A stretch of 64,000 bases of DNA from Mizuhopecten yessoensis (lineage: Eukaryota): NCBI RefSeq assembly GCF_002113885.1, contig NW_018408909.1, positions 477,770 through 541,769 on the forward strand, in the 5' to 3' direction. Below the pieces are notes generated by a model, which had not been told where the DNA came from, made no database searches, and worked only from the letters and a program-made list of their open reading frames with translations. The position numbers and the translations under genes are program-made. Positions within the stretch are counted from its first letter, which is position 1. Every line of letters starts with the position of its first letter. Shown in pieces: positions 52,101 through 64,000 of this stretch.

Positions 52101-55100
52101 TTCCTCTATAGCAGTGAATACTTAGTATGCCTACCTTCCTCAATTTCTCACTTTTGAATCAGAATTTTGAATTTATGGTTTAGTCAAGGCAGGGATGACT
52201 GATTATTGATTAAATCCAGGGTTGAAAAACATTATTCTGATGTTTTAACACAGCAAATACAAGAAGCATTTAACTTTTGGAAATTTGTTCAAGTTGCAGA
52301 CATACCAATTTGCTTCTTAGACAGTAAGATTGAAAAAGTGAAAATAGATGTTTCTATCATGAGTTTTTAGGAAGAATGAATTCATGATATTTAATGAATT
52401 AATGTACATTGTACATATTTACAATTAAGTGTAAAATTCATGTTGATCTTACCTGAATTAGATTGTACAAAGCCGGTGTTAAGCAACTCTTCCCCTCTAT
52501 ATGTCTAGAAACACAGCACAACTTGTATGGTTTAGTTTTACTACTGTGACACTTTGTACTACAACGTAGTTCCTCTAAAGTCATTATGTGTTTGATATTA
52601 ACATGATTTCTTGTTTCCAGTACACAGATCTGCTGGGGCATGGGGTGGGGGATATTGATGATCATGTACATTTATTTGTCATAAAGTAACAATGTGTATC
52701 ATATTCTTCATCAAAATTGTAATCACAACTTTATAGGGAAGAAAAAGCAGAAGGACAAGAGGTAACGTTCATCTTCGCACGTAAATTAATTTCTGTTGTT
52801 ATTTTGTCAAACCACATGTCAAGGTCAGACTGATTATGTCGTATCATTGTGTATGGAATAGTTGGCTATGACAATCCGCTACCACCAAACGCTTTTCATA
52901 TGTCACCAACCCACAGCGTACACGGGCTAGATTCCTAATGAATGTATGCTTCGTCATGTTATTGGTAATTGCCTGAAGTTAAAAGCATGAACCCTTGAGC
53001 ATCACCGATACCCTAATATGTGTGTCAAGTATTTAAAAAAAAATACATTAACTATGAGCAACAATAAATTTACCCGGGTTTTTATTTGGCATGTATTTAA
53101 TGATATAAAAATTTAGTGACAGAATTTACTTAATTAAATTTATTTAGGAAAAAGAATTAAAGAATTAACCCAACAACTTGAAAATTGATTTCCTTAGCCT
53201 CATTTTTAATTTTTTGTTTGATAAGTTTTCTTTATGTGCTTCCAAAATAAGGTGTCACTGAAATGCTTTTTGGCTATTAAATCATGAATATTATATGTAA
53301 AACATTAAATTTATAACTATCTAACATTTGTTACTGTTTAATTCTATGGTTATTCAGCATCTGTTACAGTGTAGAAAGCATTGTATGTAAATATCTTCCT
53401 AGAATTTGAAATATTTATGAAACATAGAATTTTATTGCTAGGTTTAATTTGTTATGCAAGTAGCTGCAGCAAAAAATCAAGCTAGCTATATTAGGGAAAG
53501 GTTGATGAAGTGTTTTGATGTACAAATATATAGTTTGATATTAGCAATTAAACCATCTTTATCTGATTATCGGATAAAGGACTTCTTAAGATGGAATTAT
53601 TGCTTCAACCAATGTCATAAAATATATCTCACCTCTTGTACGTTTGTTCAGACTGTTGGTCTTCAATGGTTAGATACGTATACATGATAAAACAAAAGAA
53701 TTAACTAAAAAAAACTTGAGATGTGATTTAAATATTTTCATGTTCATTTTCTTTCTTTTAGTTTCAATGTGTATAAAATATATATCTATTGTTTATTTTT
53801 CTGGTGAAGTATTGGTATTTGATTTAGTTTACTTATCTATTTCTCAACAGAGTTAAAATGGTCACACAAGAAGTTTTCTTGCAGTTTTTCATATTCTCAT
53901 TTTGTATTGCACCAATGAATTTACCCAGTTTTAATATTTAAACCTATAATGCCATAACAATTATATAAAACTAATTATGTTAATACATTTTCAAGAAAAT
54001 CTTATGTACCTGGTATTTATATTTTAATTGTATAGTACACATCTCTGAAGAAAAAACCCAGGTATTACTGTTCCACATTTACATTATAACGAGGATAATT
54101 AGCTCCCCTGATTTGGTGGTTAAATTATTTGCAGGTGACAGATATGGATATGACATGTTATAATGTTATGTATGTGCTCCTCCTCAACAGAAAAAATTAT
54201 AAGCATCCCTCTGGAGACCTGATCATTGAATCCAGGTTATATGAACCTCAAGGACATGAAATTCAAATCTACATGTATTCTGAAATCTTTGTGTTGTAGA
54301 TATATAGTACTGGAGTATAAAAAATCAGTAGAATTTAAGTTTATAGTCAGGAGAATGGTAGTAGGGTTATCTATTATGGTTTTGGTATAAATATTATTTT
54401 CTTATTGATTAGACATAGTTTTATTTTCCAGATTTATAGTTCACCATCATCGAATAACGAGCTTTGTCCTTTAAACAATCACTATTTTTCAAGTAAAACA
54501 GATTTTTCTCAAACTTCTTAGTAGGTAGGTTCCCCTGGTCCTGTAGTAGGTTCCCCTGGTCCTCCTGGTCCTGTAGTTGGTTCCCCTGGTCCTGTAGTAG
54601 GTTCCCGTGGTCCTCCTGGTCCTGTAGTAGGTTCCCCTGGTCCTGGGTTGATTTCTTAGGTAGTAGGTTCCCCTGGTCCTGGTTTGTACATGTATAATTG
54701 GTCCTGGTTTGATTTCTTATGTAGAAGGTTCGCCTGGTCCTGTAGTAGGTTCCCCTGATCCTGGTTTGCTTTCTTATGTAGTAGGTTCCCCTGGTCCTGT
54801 AGTAGGTTCCCCTGGTCCTGGTTTGCTTTCTTATGTAGTAGGTTCCCCTGGTCCTGTAGTAGGTTCCGCTGGTCCTCCTGGTCCTGTAGTAGGTTCCACT
54901 GGTCCTCCTGGTCCTGTAGTAGGTTCCCCTGGTCCTGGTTTGCTTTCTTATGTAGTAGGTTCCCCTGGTCCTGTAGTAGGTTCCCGTGGTCCTCCTGGTC
55001 CTTTAGTAGGTTCCCCTGGTCCTGTAGTAGGTTCCCCTGATCCTGGTTTGCTTTCTTATGTAGTAGGTTCCCCTGGTCCTGTAGTAGGTTCCCGTGGTCC

Positions 55101-58100
55101 TCCTGGTCCTTTAGTAGGTTCCCCTGGTCCTGTAGTAGGTTCCCCTGGTCCTTGTTTGATTTCTTATGTAGAAGGTTCCCCTGGTCCTGGTTTGATTTCT
55201 TATGTAGTATATTTCCCTGGTCCTGTAGTAGGTTCCCCTGGTCCTGGTTTGATTTTTTATGTAGTAGGTTCCCCTGGTCCTGGTTTGATTACTTATGTAG
55301 AAGGTTCCCCTGGTCCTGTAGTAGGTTCCTCTGGTCCTGGTTTGATTTCTTATGTAGTAGGTTACCCTGGTCCTGGTTTGATTTCTTATGTAGAAGGTTC
55401 CCCTGGTCCTGGTTTGATTTCTTATGTAGAAGGTTTCCCTGGTCCTGTAGTAGGTTCCCCTGGTCCTCCTGGGCCTGTAGTAGGTTCCCCTGGTCCTGTA
55501 GTAGGTTCCCCTGATCCTGGTTTGCTTTCTTATGTAGTAGGTTCCCCTGGTCCTGTAGTAGGTTCCTCTGGTCCTGGTTTGATTTCTTATGTAGTAGGTT
55601 CTCCTGGTCCTGGTTTGATTTCTTATGTAGAAGGTTTCCCTGGTCCTGTAGTAGGTTCCCCTGGTCCTGTAGTAGGTTCCTCTGGTCCTGGTTTGATTTC
55701 TTATGTAGTAGGTTACCCTGGTCCTGGTTTGATTTCTTATGTAGAAGGTTTCCCTGGTCCTGTAGTAGGTTCCCCTGGTCCTGTAGTAGGTTCCTCTGGT
55801 CCTGGTTTGATTTCTTATGTAGTAGGTTCCCCGGGTCCTTGTTTGATTTCTTATGTAGAAGGTTCCCCTGGTCCTGGTTTGATTTCTTATGTAGTAGGTT
55901 CCACTGGTCCTGGTTTGATTTCTTATGTAGAAGGTTCCCCTGGTCCTGGTTTGATTTCTTATGTAGAAGGTTCGCCTGGTCCTGTAGTAGGTTCCCCTGA
56001 TCCTGGTTTGATTTCTTATGTAGTAGGTTCCACTGGTCCTGGTTTGATTTCTTATGTAGAAGGTTTCCCTGGTCCTGTAGTAGGTTCCCCTGGTCCTCCT
56101 GGTCCTGTAGTAGGTTCCCCTGGTCCTGGTTTGATTTCTTATGTAGTAGGTTCCCCTGGTCCTGGTTTGTACATGTATAATCTAAAATTTCTTGATCAGA
56201 AAAACATTTCATGACCAGCGCAAGCAGTAAGCATCTTTGATTTTGACACTTAATGTTTGTGTATTATGCTGTTTCTCAAAAAGTACCGTAGTTAAAAGAT
56301 CTTTCTCAAATTTCATATGTAGGTTCCATTCGGTCCATTGTTGTGAATGTTTAAATTTTTGAAAAATTGACAGTTGAAGTTTTTTATCACTTTTTCTCAA
56401 GAAATACTGGAGAGATTTTCCCCAATTTTATATGTAGGTTCCTTTGTGGTAGTGCTTTAATTTGAGACTGATCAGAATTTTGGATTTTCGTGGTTTAATT
56501 GAATGGTATCACAATTTCTCGGACATCTTTTTACACATTAAGTACTATTCTAATCAACCAACAATTACCTCCCTTTGAAAGGACTTTGGTGAAACACAGT
56601 TGTACACAATTTTAATCAAAAGTTACGAGATGAATTTGCTGTTGACAAGATATTTAGATCCAACAGATAAAAAAACAAAAGATTGAACTTGCAGAGAACT
56701 TATAGGGCTTCCTTTGTATGTACATGTATGTTGTTTGTTACATGTTGTTGTGGCTACTGTAATGCTCCCAATACCAACTGATCTGACCTAAAAAGATGCA
56801 TGTCATTAGGATAATCTCAACTTTATTTTTTTTGACATTTAATTTTCAACATTCAAAGGACTAATCAATATTTATTTTTAATTCAAAATAAGTCCATGCT
56901 ATTATAACAATGAGCTCAGTAAAAGTGTGTTTAACACTACAGGAAAGCAGTGGTGTACGTCTGCTAGGTTCCAGAACTAAAATTGCACTAGAGACATATA
57001 CAATGTAATAAGTGTGCTAGTATGTTCAACTGAAAATGTTGACAATGCTTGTAATCCTCACAGACAATGGCTGCCGGATGCATGCTATTTCCGCCAAACT
57101 TAGTGAAAGTTTTTGTGTTGGCATGTAATTATGGATGTTTCTTTATCACGACATATTTGTTACATGCAAATGGTACTTCTAGTTACAGCTGAAGATATAA
57201 ACTATACTGTTGTTCAATTGGAATACAATTGCTCTTAATTTGTCCATTTCAAGATGTCTGTTACTTCAGATATTAAAGCATGAACCTCAGTTACCACTAC
57301 CGTATATCAGTCATTGATAATCATTTATGTAAATGTTTTCCAGATTAATTTTCAAACAATGTTACAACCCTTATGCATGCTGTATGACATTTCAGCATTT
57401 TCCTAATCAATGGTGAACAGCAATCTTGGAGTGTTTTTTTTTTATTAAAGAACCGTAAAAATCTCGTGTAATTTGTACAGTTGAGTGTCACCTTTGCATG
57501 TTCATTGTATCTTAGCACATAAAAGCTGGAGGGGAGAGGGGGATTTTTTTCTGCTTTCTTGTTTATATATAATGTTGAAAGAAATACACTACAATGTAAA
57601 ATACAATTCAAAGTGACTTTCACAAGTGTTCTACTGTAAAACAATGTGACAAATTTTTAGCTGACCTGGCCCGAAGCAACGTCCTTCGTCCCGCAACTTT
57701 TTCCTTTAAATCGCTACTAGTCCTTAACGGCTCAGTGGATTTTGACCAAATTTTGTATAAACTGAGGTGTGTGGGCCCCCTTCTTTGGGGCAGATTATGG
57801 GAAATAGAGGATCTAGAGCATCTTGGGAAAAGAACACCAACTTTGTTTCTTGTACTCCTTTGATAAACCTGTATGGTACTCAGCAGGTTTTAAATTGAAA
57901 ATAAAATACCAGGTGAGCTATTAAGCCCCCTGGGCCTCTTGTTACAAGATACTATGCTGAAATACACATAAGGATGTCCAATCTGCTGATCAGATACTCA
58001 TGTTTGGCCAAAGTAAGTCACCACTGTCCACTAACACTCTTGCTTTTACAGTACATGTTCATTTAGATGTATCTTTTTATATACCTATGCAGTCATTTCT

Positions 58101-58418
58101 TAGAATTCTTCCATGTTAAAATATTTTTTATTTAATCTCATAAACCTGTAATATAATATTTCAGACACTCCCGTAAGCAGGACAAGGTCTGCTCGTTCAA
58201 TCCATCTCGCAAGGCAAGAAACTGATCTGTCCACACAGAAGCATACACCCATACCCCCAATTTCATCATCACCAAGGAAACGGGACACACCATCTCCAAG
58301 GAAACAGGACACACCATCTCCAAGGAAACAGGATGGTCGTGTCTCTCGACAGGATGCCAAAAAGGGAGGGGCTTCTCGACAGCCGAGTGCTCGAAGTGTG
58401 GTTATCATGGAAGCATAA
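31147..58418 (+). CDS. CCDC175: CCDC175-like long coiled-coil protein, ~25 coding exons
   Basis: In-phase GT-AG exons include 31147-31207, 32161-32246, 32534-32645, 32978-33113, 33507-33584, 33791-33845, 34068-34166, 35991-36046, 36820-36883 ... 41851-41922, 43338-43568, 45613-45748 ... 51145-51188, 51608-51770 and 58165-58418; AATAAA at ~58484. The peptides LETETIHASILRHKLQFLPGEIKKEIKAAVESARQSN and QLNQRMAEKASLQITLNET match my recollection of vertebrate CCDC175. Orthology has not been tested. Confidence 0.8.
31294..31412. repeat. Long inverted repeat (hairpin) in CCDC175 intron 1
   Basis: TAATTCCTGTAGGAACTCTA / TAGAGTTCCTACAGGAATTA and TATCTAAATCAGAGA / TCTCTGATTTAGATA. Confidence 0.85.
34660..35680. 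repeat. 29-bp minisatellite (TGATGATACATTGTGCCGGTATACGTAGC), with related degenerate flanks from ~34230 to ~35810
   Basis: Unit read directly; open in all three minus frames because the unit has no stop codons. Confidence 0.97.
36220..36545. mobile_element. Non-autonomous element with a terminal palindrome
   Basis: TTTTCATTTCATATGAGACTTATGAAA ... TTTCATAAATTTCATATGAAATGAAAA inverted pair (36220-36338), followed by a probable element body. Confidence 0.5.
38187..38325. repeat. 33-bp tandem repeat (~4 copies)
   Basis: GTGTTATACAGTAAATATAAGTATAATACTCTA unit. Confidence 0.9.
38578..39498. repeat. 23-bp minisatellite (TGTGTACAGGATCTAGGTTAAGC), ~40 copies
   Basis: Unit read directly. Confidence 0.97.
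39665..39915. repeat. 39-bp tandem repeat (~6 copies)
   Basis: TTGAGTACATATAAATACAGTGTTTATCAATTAAGT-type unit. Confidence 0.88.
40055..41420. repeat. 91-bp tandem repeat, 15 near-identical copies
   Basis: Unit ATTGTCTACATCTGTATCAACATCAC...GAAGCCCAGTGCTAG starts at 40055, 40146 and so on; very few substitutions. Confidence 0.97.
43835..44395. repeat. ~76-78-bp tandem repeat (~7 copies)
   Basis: AGACATGTTGTGTATGTTTGATCAGT recurs periodically. Confidence 0.93.
49440..50065. repeat. ~97-bp tandem repeat (~6 copies)
   Basis: GAGCCCAACCATTAATATTGACCAC recurs periodically. Confidence 0.9.
51358..51625 (+). repeat. 67-bp x4 tandem duplication spanning a CCDC175 splice acceptor
   Basis: CAG|AGGTATACCGAGCGTGAC, with the AG ending at 51406, 51473, 51540 and 51607. 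Confidence 0.93.
54520..56181. repeat. Compound minisatellite (GTAGTAGGTTCCCCTGGTCCT / GGTTTGATTTCTTAT modules) embedded in a Helentron-associated-like element
   Basis: All modules are multiples of 3 nt, giving the 501-aa GSPGP pseudo-collagen ORF. The flanks at ~54500, ~56300 and ~56415 carry TTTCTCAAA(C/T)TTCATATGTAGGTTCC-like units. Confidence 0.9.
57655..57943 (+). mobile_element. Helentron-associated interspersed element (HINE/DINE-like)
   Basis: 5' TTTTAGCTGACCTG, subterminal inverted CAGGTGAGCTA, short 3' hairpin AAGCCCCCTGGGCCT, then CTTGTT. A related fragment lies at ~21995-22135. Confidence 0.7.
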
Positions 58419-58620
58419 CAAAAAACTTTGTAAATATTTACCTAGTATGAATTCACTGTGATATATTTTATGGAAAATTAAAAAATAAATAAATATATAA
58501 TCAGTTGTTTTTTTAAGTACATTGTACTTACTCAGAAAAACAGCTACATGTATACAGAACCATAAAATTCATGGAAAGACAGGATCGAAAAATAATACAT
58601 ATTTACTAGCAAAATCGGTA

Positions 58621-59130
58621 CAGGTACATCTGAACAGTTGATAATCCTTTATCCCCAGCATGCTTCTGGCCGAGTTTAGTGATCCCAGGTCTCTTGGCTA
58701 TACACTCTTACCATGATATCCAGGAACATCTGAACACTTGATAATCCTTTATCCCCAGTATGCTTCTGGCCAAGTATAGTGATCTTAGGTCTCTTGGCTG
58801 TACACGCTTACCAGGATATCCAGGTACATCTGAACAGTTGATAATCCTTTATCCCCAGTATGCTTCTGGCCAAGTATAGTGATACTAGGTCTCTTGGCTA
58901 TACACTCTTCCCAGGATATCCAGGTACATCTGAACATTGGATAATCCTTTATCCCCAGCATGCTTCGGGCCAAGTATAGTGATCCCAGGTCTCTTGGCTA
59001 TCCACTCTTACCAGGATATCCAGCAACATCTGAACATTTGATAATCATTTATCCCCAGCATGCTTCTGGCCAAGCATAGTGATCCTAGGTCTCTTGGCTA
59101 TACACTTGTACCAGGATATCCAGCAACATT
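58621..59130. repeat. 100-bp tandem repeat, 5 copies
   Basis: CAGGTACATC-like starts at 58621, 58721, 58821, 58921, 59021 and 59121. Confidence 0.95.
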
Positions 59131-61629
59131 TTACCAATGTCCAAGGAGAGTTCACTCATCCTCCGAGATATAACTTACTTCCCAAGGTTTTAATTAATAT
59201 CCCGCGATCATGTAATTAATATCACTGGAATTTGGTGTGATTACAAGGCGATTACCATTAGGAAAAAAATCACAAACAACAGAATTAGAATTATGATCTC
59301 TCATTTAATCTCCCATTCATACGGTACTTATACAGTGCACGTCTGTGTGTATATATATTAATATTATATGTAACCTCATCATAACAAAAGAGGAAGATTT
59401 AACAGAAAAGACTAGATATTTATAGGGTTAAACCAAAACCTTACAAATATTGAGGAACCATTCTGGATCTGTAAAATAGATCCGATTAAACCTTCCCTTT
59501 CCTAAAGTAGTACATACACATATTATATGTATCTATGTCTGTGACCTTATCCTCTCTTTCAAATATTTGACTTTAGACTCGATTGTAGAAGGTAAATGAA
59601 GTACATTATCTAAAAGTCGGACATGGTAGACATGCTGTTATATAACCAGCTATATATAAATCTAAACTAAATTTTTGATCCACAACTCTATGTTCTTATC
59701 ACTTCTCTAAGTGCTAGTACAAAATCACACTGCATAATCTTAAATTAAAAAATATGATAAATATGAGCTTATAATGGATACTGTTCTATTGTCTATATTT
59801 ATTGTTTAATGTTTATTAGCTATAAATGTAGGACAGTATCTCTGCACTTCTTGTATAATCAGGTATGAAGTAGGTAGGAAACAACCAAAGATATATACAT
59901 GTACGTACTGTGTGTTGCACTCAAGAGGAACAAAATCATAGAATAAAAGTGTGATTTTTAGACTCGTACCTATCAAATCTTACCCGCTACGCATGGATGC
60001 AATCCCATCTGGACGTAGTTTGGATGCACATTTGAAGTATATTATACTAACCTAAAGGGCAATGTCTTATGAAATAAAAATAATAATAAGATGCTGACAA
60101 AATACATATATTACATTTAAGTATAAATAGAGGAGTACATGATTTAACATTGATGTATTGGTACACTTCACCATAATTTTCAGCAGATATGGAGGGAAAC
60201 AAAACACTGAAGACAATCTTTGTACAAAGAAAAAATATTCATTTATATGCACTCAAACTATTAGTTCGATCAAACATACACTGTAGACATTTAAAAACAA
60301 TGCTACACCAAGGTACTTAAACATCAAATGTAAATGGAATGGACACAGAAATCATACACTATGGTTATAACGCTCTACATGTACACATCTTCATATTAAA
60401 ATTGCAAGTATAAGAAAGAAATAAAAGAGTATTTGAAAACATAACATATAGCATGATCTCTCTAAATCTAATATGTATAAAGCCACAGTATTCAAGTCTT
60501 AAGGCCTTTTTGGGAAGATAACGAACATGAGCACAAAGAAAAAGGCCAAAATGGCCTGGATTTGTTGATTTTTTGTCCAATCTGCAGCTCACACTTTTTC
60601 TCAGCAAACACAGACAGTGGTAATGACAGCAAAATAAAGATGAACATTCAGATATTGTATTGTAATAATGTCAACACATATTCCCTGGTCCCTGTGTATT
60701 CAGCATGTTTAATTTTACCTTTCTTTCCTTTCACATGTTCACAGATAAAAAAACTGAAGGAAATAAAAAAATAGTTCTTAACTTAAGATGGTAACAATAT
60801 TTTAGAACAGATGCTAGGAGTATAAATTGTATATACAAAAACTGTATATACTAGTATTTCAACTTTTTTTGTTGAAAGCTAAATGTTACGACAAATTTTA
60901 ATCAGTTTACCTAACAAATTCTTCTAAAACAAAAGTTACCTCACAGACATCCCCAGTTTCTCCAATGACTACAGCAGTGATCTTAACACACTTCCTACTA
61001 TTGTACAGACTGGTGTTTCAAGATGAATTTAAAATGCATAATATTAAGTTACAAACAACACTGGTTCTTATGAGTGTCTTACAGTACCCTATATATAATC
61101 TTGTTTCAGATTTCCCATCTGTAATAATATGCTAACAAATGCCCACCATCATATGCCGGTATGTTCACAAGTACAAAAAGAGGTTTTACCGAGTTTAAGT
61201 TAAAGATCAGTTTGAGATCCATTAAATGGATCTAACCAACAATTGCACATTTATAAAGACACTAATATTTTGTTTCACAAATATTAAGTGAGACGACACC
61301 AACATTACCCAATTGTAATTGGAGAATGGTTATTTAGCCAATTAACTCTGCTGTTTCTATAATTTATGTCATAGAATATTCTTGTGTATAAACCTAAACA
61401 CATCTCGCATACAAATTTGTAATTTACCTATTAGCCAATTCTAAAAAGCAGTGTTTTTTACAAATGAAGTATAAGACACCTGCAATTTTCATTCCACTTG
61501 TTTTTCATCACACGTTGCCATAGCAATGTTCCTTGATGACGAAATAAGTAAACATTCCTGCGCTGTAGATAAATTGCCCGGCAACATTTCCCACATATCA
61601 CATTTACATCATCACACTGTATGGACACT

Positions 61630-61683
61630 TCACGCTTCCTCTCTCATGGCAGATATACAGTTTTTAAGAAGTTGTACTTGTGC
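61630..61683 (-). CDS. Possible terminal coding exon of an unidentified gene extending beyond the window
   Basis: Acceptor TTCTTCACACAG followed by short open frames (AQVQLLKNCISAMREEA* or HKYNFLKTVYLP*) and a long, repeat-poor, UTR-like stretch. Frame unresolved. Confidence 0.35.
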   Translation of the reverse strand, partial: AQVQLLKNCISAMREEA

Positions 61684-62057
61684 CTGTGTGAAGAATAATT
61701 GAAAAGTTCATTAAATTTTCCGAAATACATGTATTTTGAAAAAATGCAGCTATTTACATTTCCACTTGACAAAATTAATATAAATATTCTTATAACATAG
61801 CAGAGTTCCTCAAACTAAGACAAGAGTCTTGAATTCTGAGGTCCTCTTTTAAGATAAGCAAAAGTTTTCAGTATTGAGAACCAAATAAAGATAAAGTCTT
61901 GAGTCTAATTGCCCTCTTAAGATAGACATCCCTTATAGAAAACAAGGAAGTAACTCTAACTACCGCTCTGTGTGTGTAGCCTGTCTGTATAAGCTTTATT
62001 GTTTTTATTTTGCAACAATTTTAAAACAAGATTAACTTATATTAATCATTCTTGTTG

Positions 62058-64000
62058 GCTAGGGGTTCGGTGAAAGGGGAGTGTGCTATCAACTGCACCA
62101 CTAACCACCCACAGCCTGTCTGTCTAATGAAGGAAGATCTACATGTTCCTACCGTGGCATGCTTAAGTGCTAGCTCTACTAAATCCACCCACAGCCTGGC
62201 TGTCTAATGGAGGAAGATTTACAAGTACCTACCGTGGCATGCTTCAGCTCTAGCTCTACTAAATCCACCCACAGCCTGTTTGTCTAATGGAGGAAAATCT
62301 ACATGTACCTACCGTGGCAGGCTTCAGTTCTAGCTCTACTAAACCCACCCACAGCCTGTCTGTCTAATTGGAGTGTGCTATCAACTGCACCACTTACCAC
62401 CCACAGCCTGTCTGCCTAATGAAGGAAGATCTACATGTTCCTACCGTGGCATGCTTCATTTCTAGCTCTACTAAATCCCCCCACAGCCTGTCTGTCTAAT
62501 GGAGGAACATCTACGTGTTCCTACCGTGGCATGCTTCATTTCTAGCTCTACTAAATCCCCCCACAGCCTGTCTGTCTAATGGCGGAAGATTTCCATGTAC
62601 CTACCTTGGCATGCTTCAGTTCTAGATCTACTAAATCCACCCACAGCCTGTTTGTCTAATGGAAGAAGATCTACATGATCCTACCGTGGCATGCCTCAGT
62701 TCTAGCTCTACTAAATCCTCCCACAGCCTGTCTGTCTAATGGGGGAAGATTTACATGTACCTACCTTGGCATGCTTCAGTTCTAGATCTACTAAATCCAC
62801 CCACAGCCTGTCTCTAGGGGTTCGGTGAAAGGGGAGTGTGCTATCAACTGCCCCACTAACCACCCACAGCCTGTCTGTCTAATTGGAGTGTGCTATCAAC
62901 TGCACCACTTACCACCCACAGCCTGTCTGTCTAATTGGAGTGTGCTATCAACTGCACCACTAACCCCCCACAGCCTGTCTGTCTAATGAAGGAAGACCTG
63001 CATGTCCCTACCGTGGCATGCTTCAGTTCTAGTTCTACTAAATCCCCCCACAGCCTGTCTGTCTAATGAAGGAAGATCTACATGTACCTACCTTGGCATG
63101 CTTCAGTTCTAGTTCTTCTAAATCCACCCACAGCCTGTCTGGCTAATGGAGGAAGATCTACATGTATCTACCTTGGCATGCTTCAGTTCTAGCTCTACAA
63201 AATCCTCCCACAGCCTGTCTGTCTAATGGAGGAAGACTTACATGTACCTACCGTGGCATGCTTAAGTTCTAGCTCTACTAAATCCACCCACAGCCTGGCT
63301 GTCTAATGGAGGAAGATTTACAAGTACCTACCGTGGCATGCTTCAGCTCTAGCTCTACTAAATCCACCCACAGCCTGTTTGTCTAATGGAAGAAGATCTA
63401 CATTTACCTACCGTGGCATGCCTCAGTTCTAGCTCTACTAAATCCACCCACAGCCTGGCTGTCTAATGGAGGAAGATTTACATGTTCCTGCCGTGGCATG
63501 CTTCAGTTCTAGCCCTACTAAATCCACCCACAGCCTGTCTGTTTAATGGAGGAAAATCTACATGTTCCTACCGTGGCATGCTTAAGTGCTAGCTCTACTA
63601 AATCCACCCACAGCCTGTCTCTAGGGGTTCGGTGAAAGGGGAGTGTGCTATCAACTGCACCCCTAGCCGCCCACAGCCTGTCTGTCTAATGGCGGAAGAT
63701 TTCCATGTACCTACCTTGGCATGCTTCAGTTCTAGCTCTCCTAAATCCACCCACAGCCTGTCTGGCTAATGGAGGAAGATCTACATGTACCCACCGTGGC
63801 ATGCTTCAATTCTAGCTCTACTAAATCCACCCACAGCCTGGCTGTCTAATGGAGGAAGATTTACATTTACCAACCTTGGCATGCTTCAGTTCTAGATCTA
63901 CTAAATCCACCCACAGCCTGTCTGTCTAATGGAAGAAGATCTACATGTACCTACCTTGGCATCCACCCACAGCCTGTCTGTCTAATTGGAGTGTGCTATC
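62058..64000. repeat. Compound satellite: 80-bp main unit interleaved with a ~52-60-bp secondary unit
   Basis: Main unit CCACAGCCTGTCTGTCTAATGGAGGAAGATCTACATGTACCTACCGTGGCATGCTTCAGTTCTAGCTCTACTAAATCCAC. Secondary GGAGTGTGCTATCAACTGCACCACTAAC at ~62077, 62370, 62832, 62886, 62937, 63639 and 63988. Confidence 0.95.

Noticed and set aside
54709-56214. 501-aa collagen/elastin-like ORF
   Set aside because: No continuous Gly-X-Y register, no ATG start or signal peptide, homogeneous DNA-level repeat, antisense frame also open, and intronic.

Overview
AT-rich, intron-containing animal genomic DNA. The repeat landscape (CORE/Meta-like tRNA-SINEs, Helentron-associated elements, palindromic MITEs) suggests a bivalve mollusc; that is my inference, not a database result. 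Five protein-coding genes can be reconstructed by hand: (1) a 9-exon minus-strand Ser/Arg/Lys-rich small protein (5567-15642); (2,3) a head-to-head pair of intronless pogo/Tigger/CENP-B-type DNA-binding genes that have both lost the DDE transposase domain (17863-19173 minus, 20075-21637 plus); (4) a 7-exon mARC/MOSC molybdoenzyme gene (24489-29679 minus); (5) a divergently oriented ~25-exon CCDC175-like coiled-coil gene (31147-58418 plus). A possible last exon of a sixth gene lies near 61.6 kb. More than ten tandem-repeat arrays account for most of the long ORFs in the ORF track. The best candidate for an undescribed system is the domesticated CENP-B-like paralogue pair. Both copies keep the double HTH, a SUMO-type motif, a CENP-B-like C-terminal helical domain and a C-terminal PIP-box, and they share a ~0.9 kb bidirectional promoter, which suggests a co-regulated heterodimeric chromatin factor.
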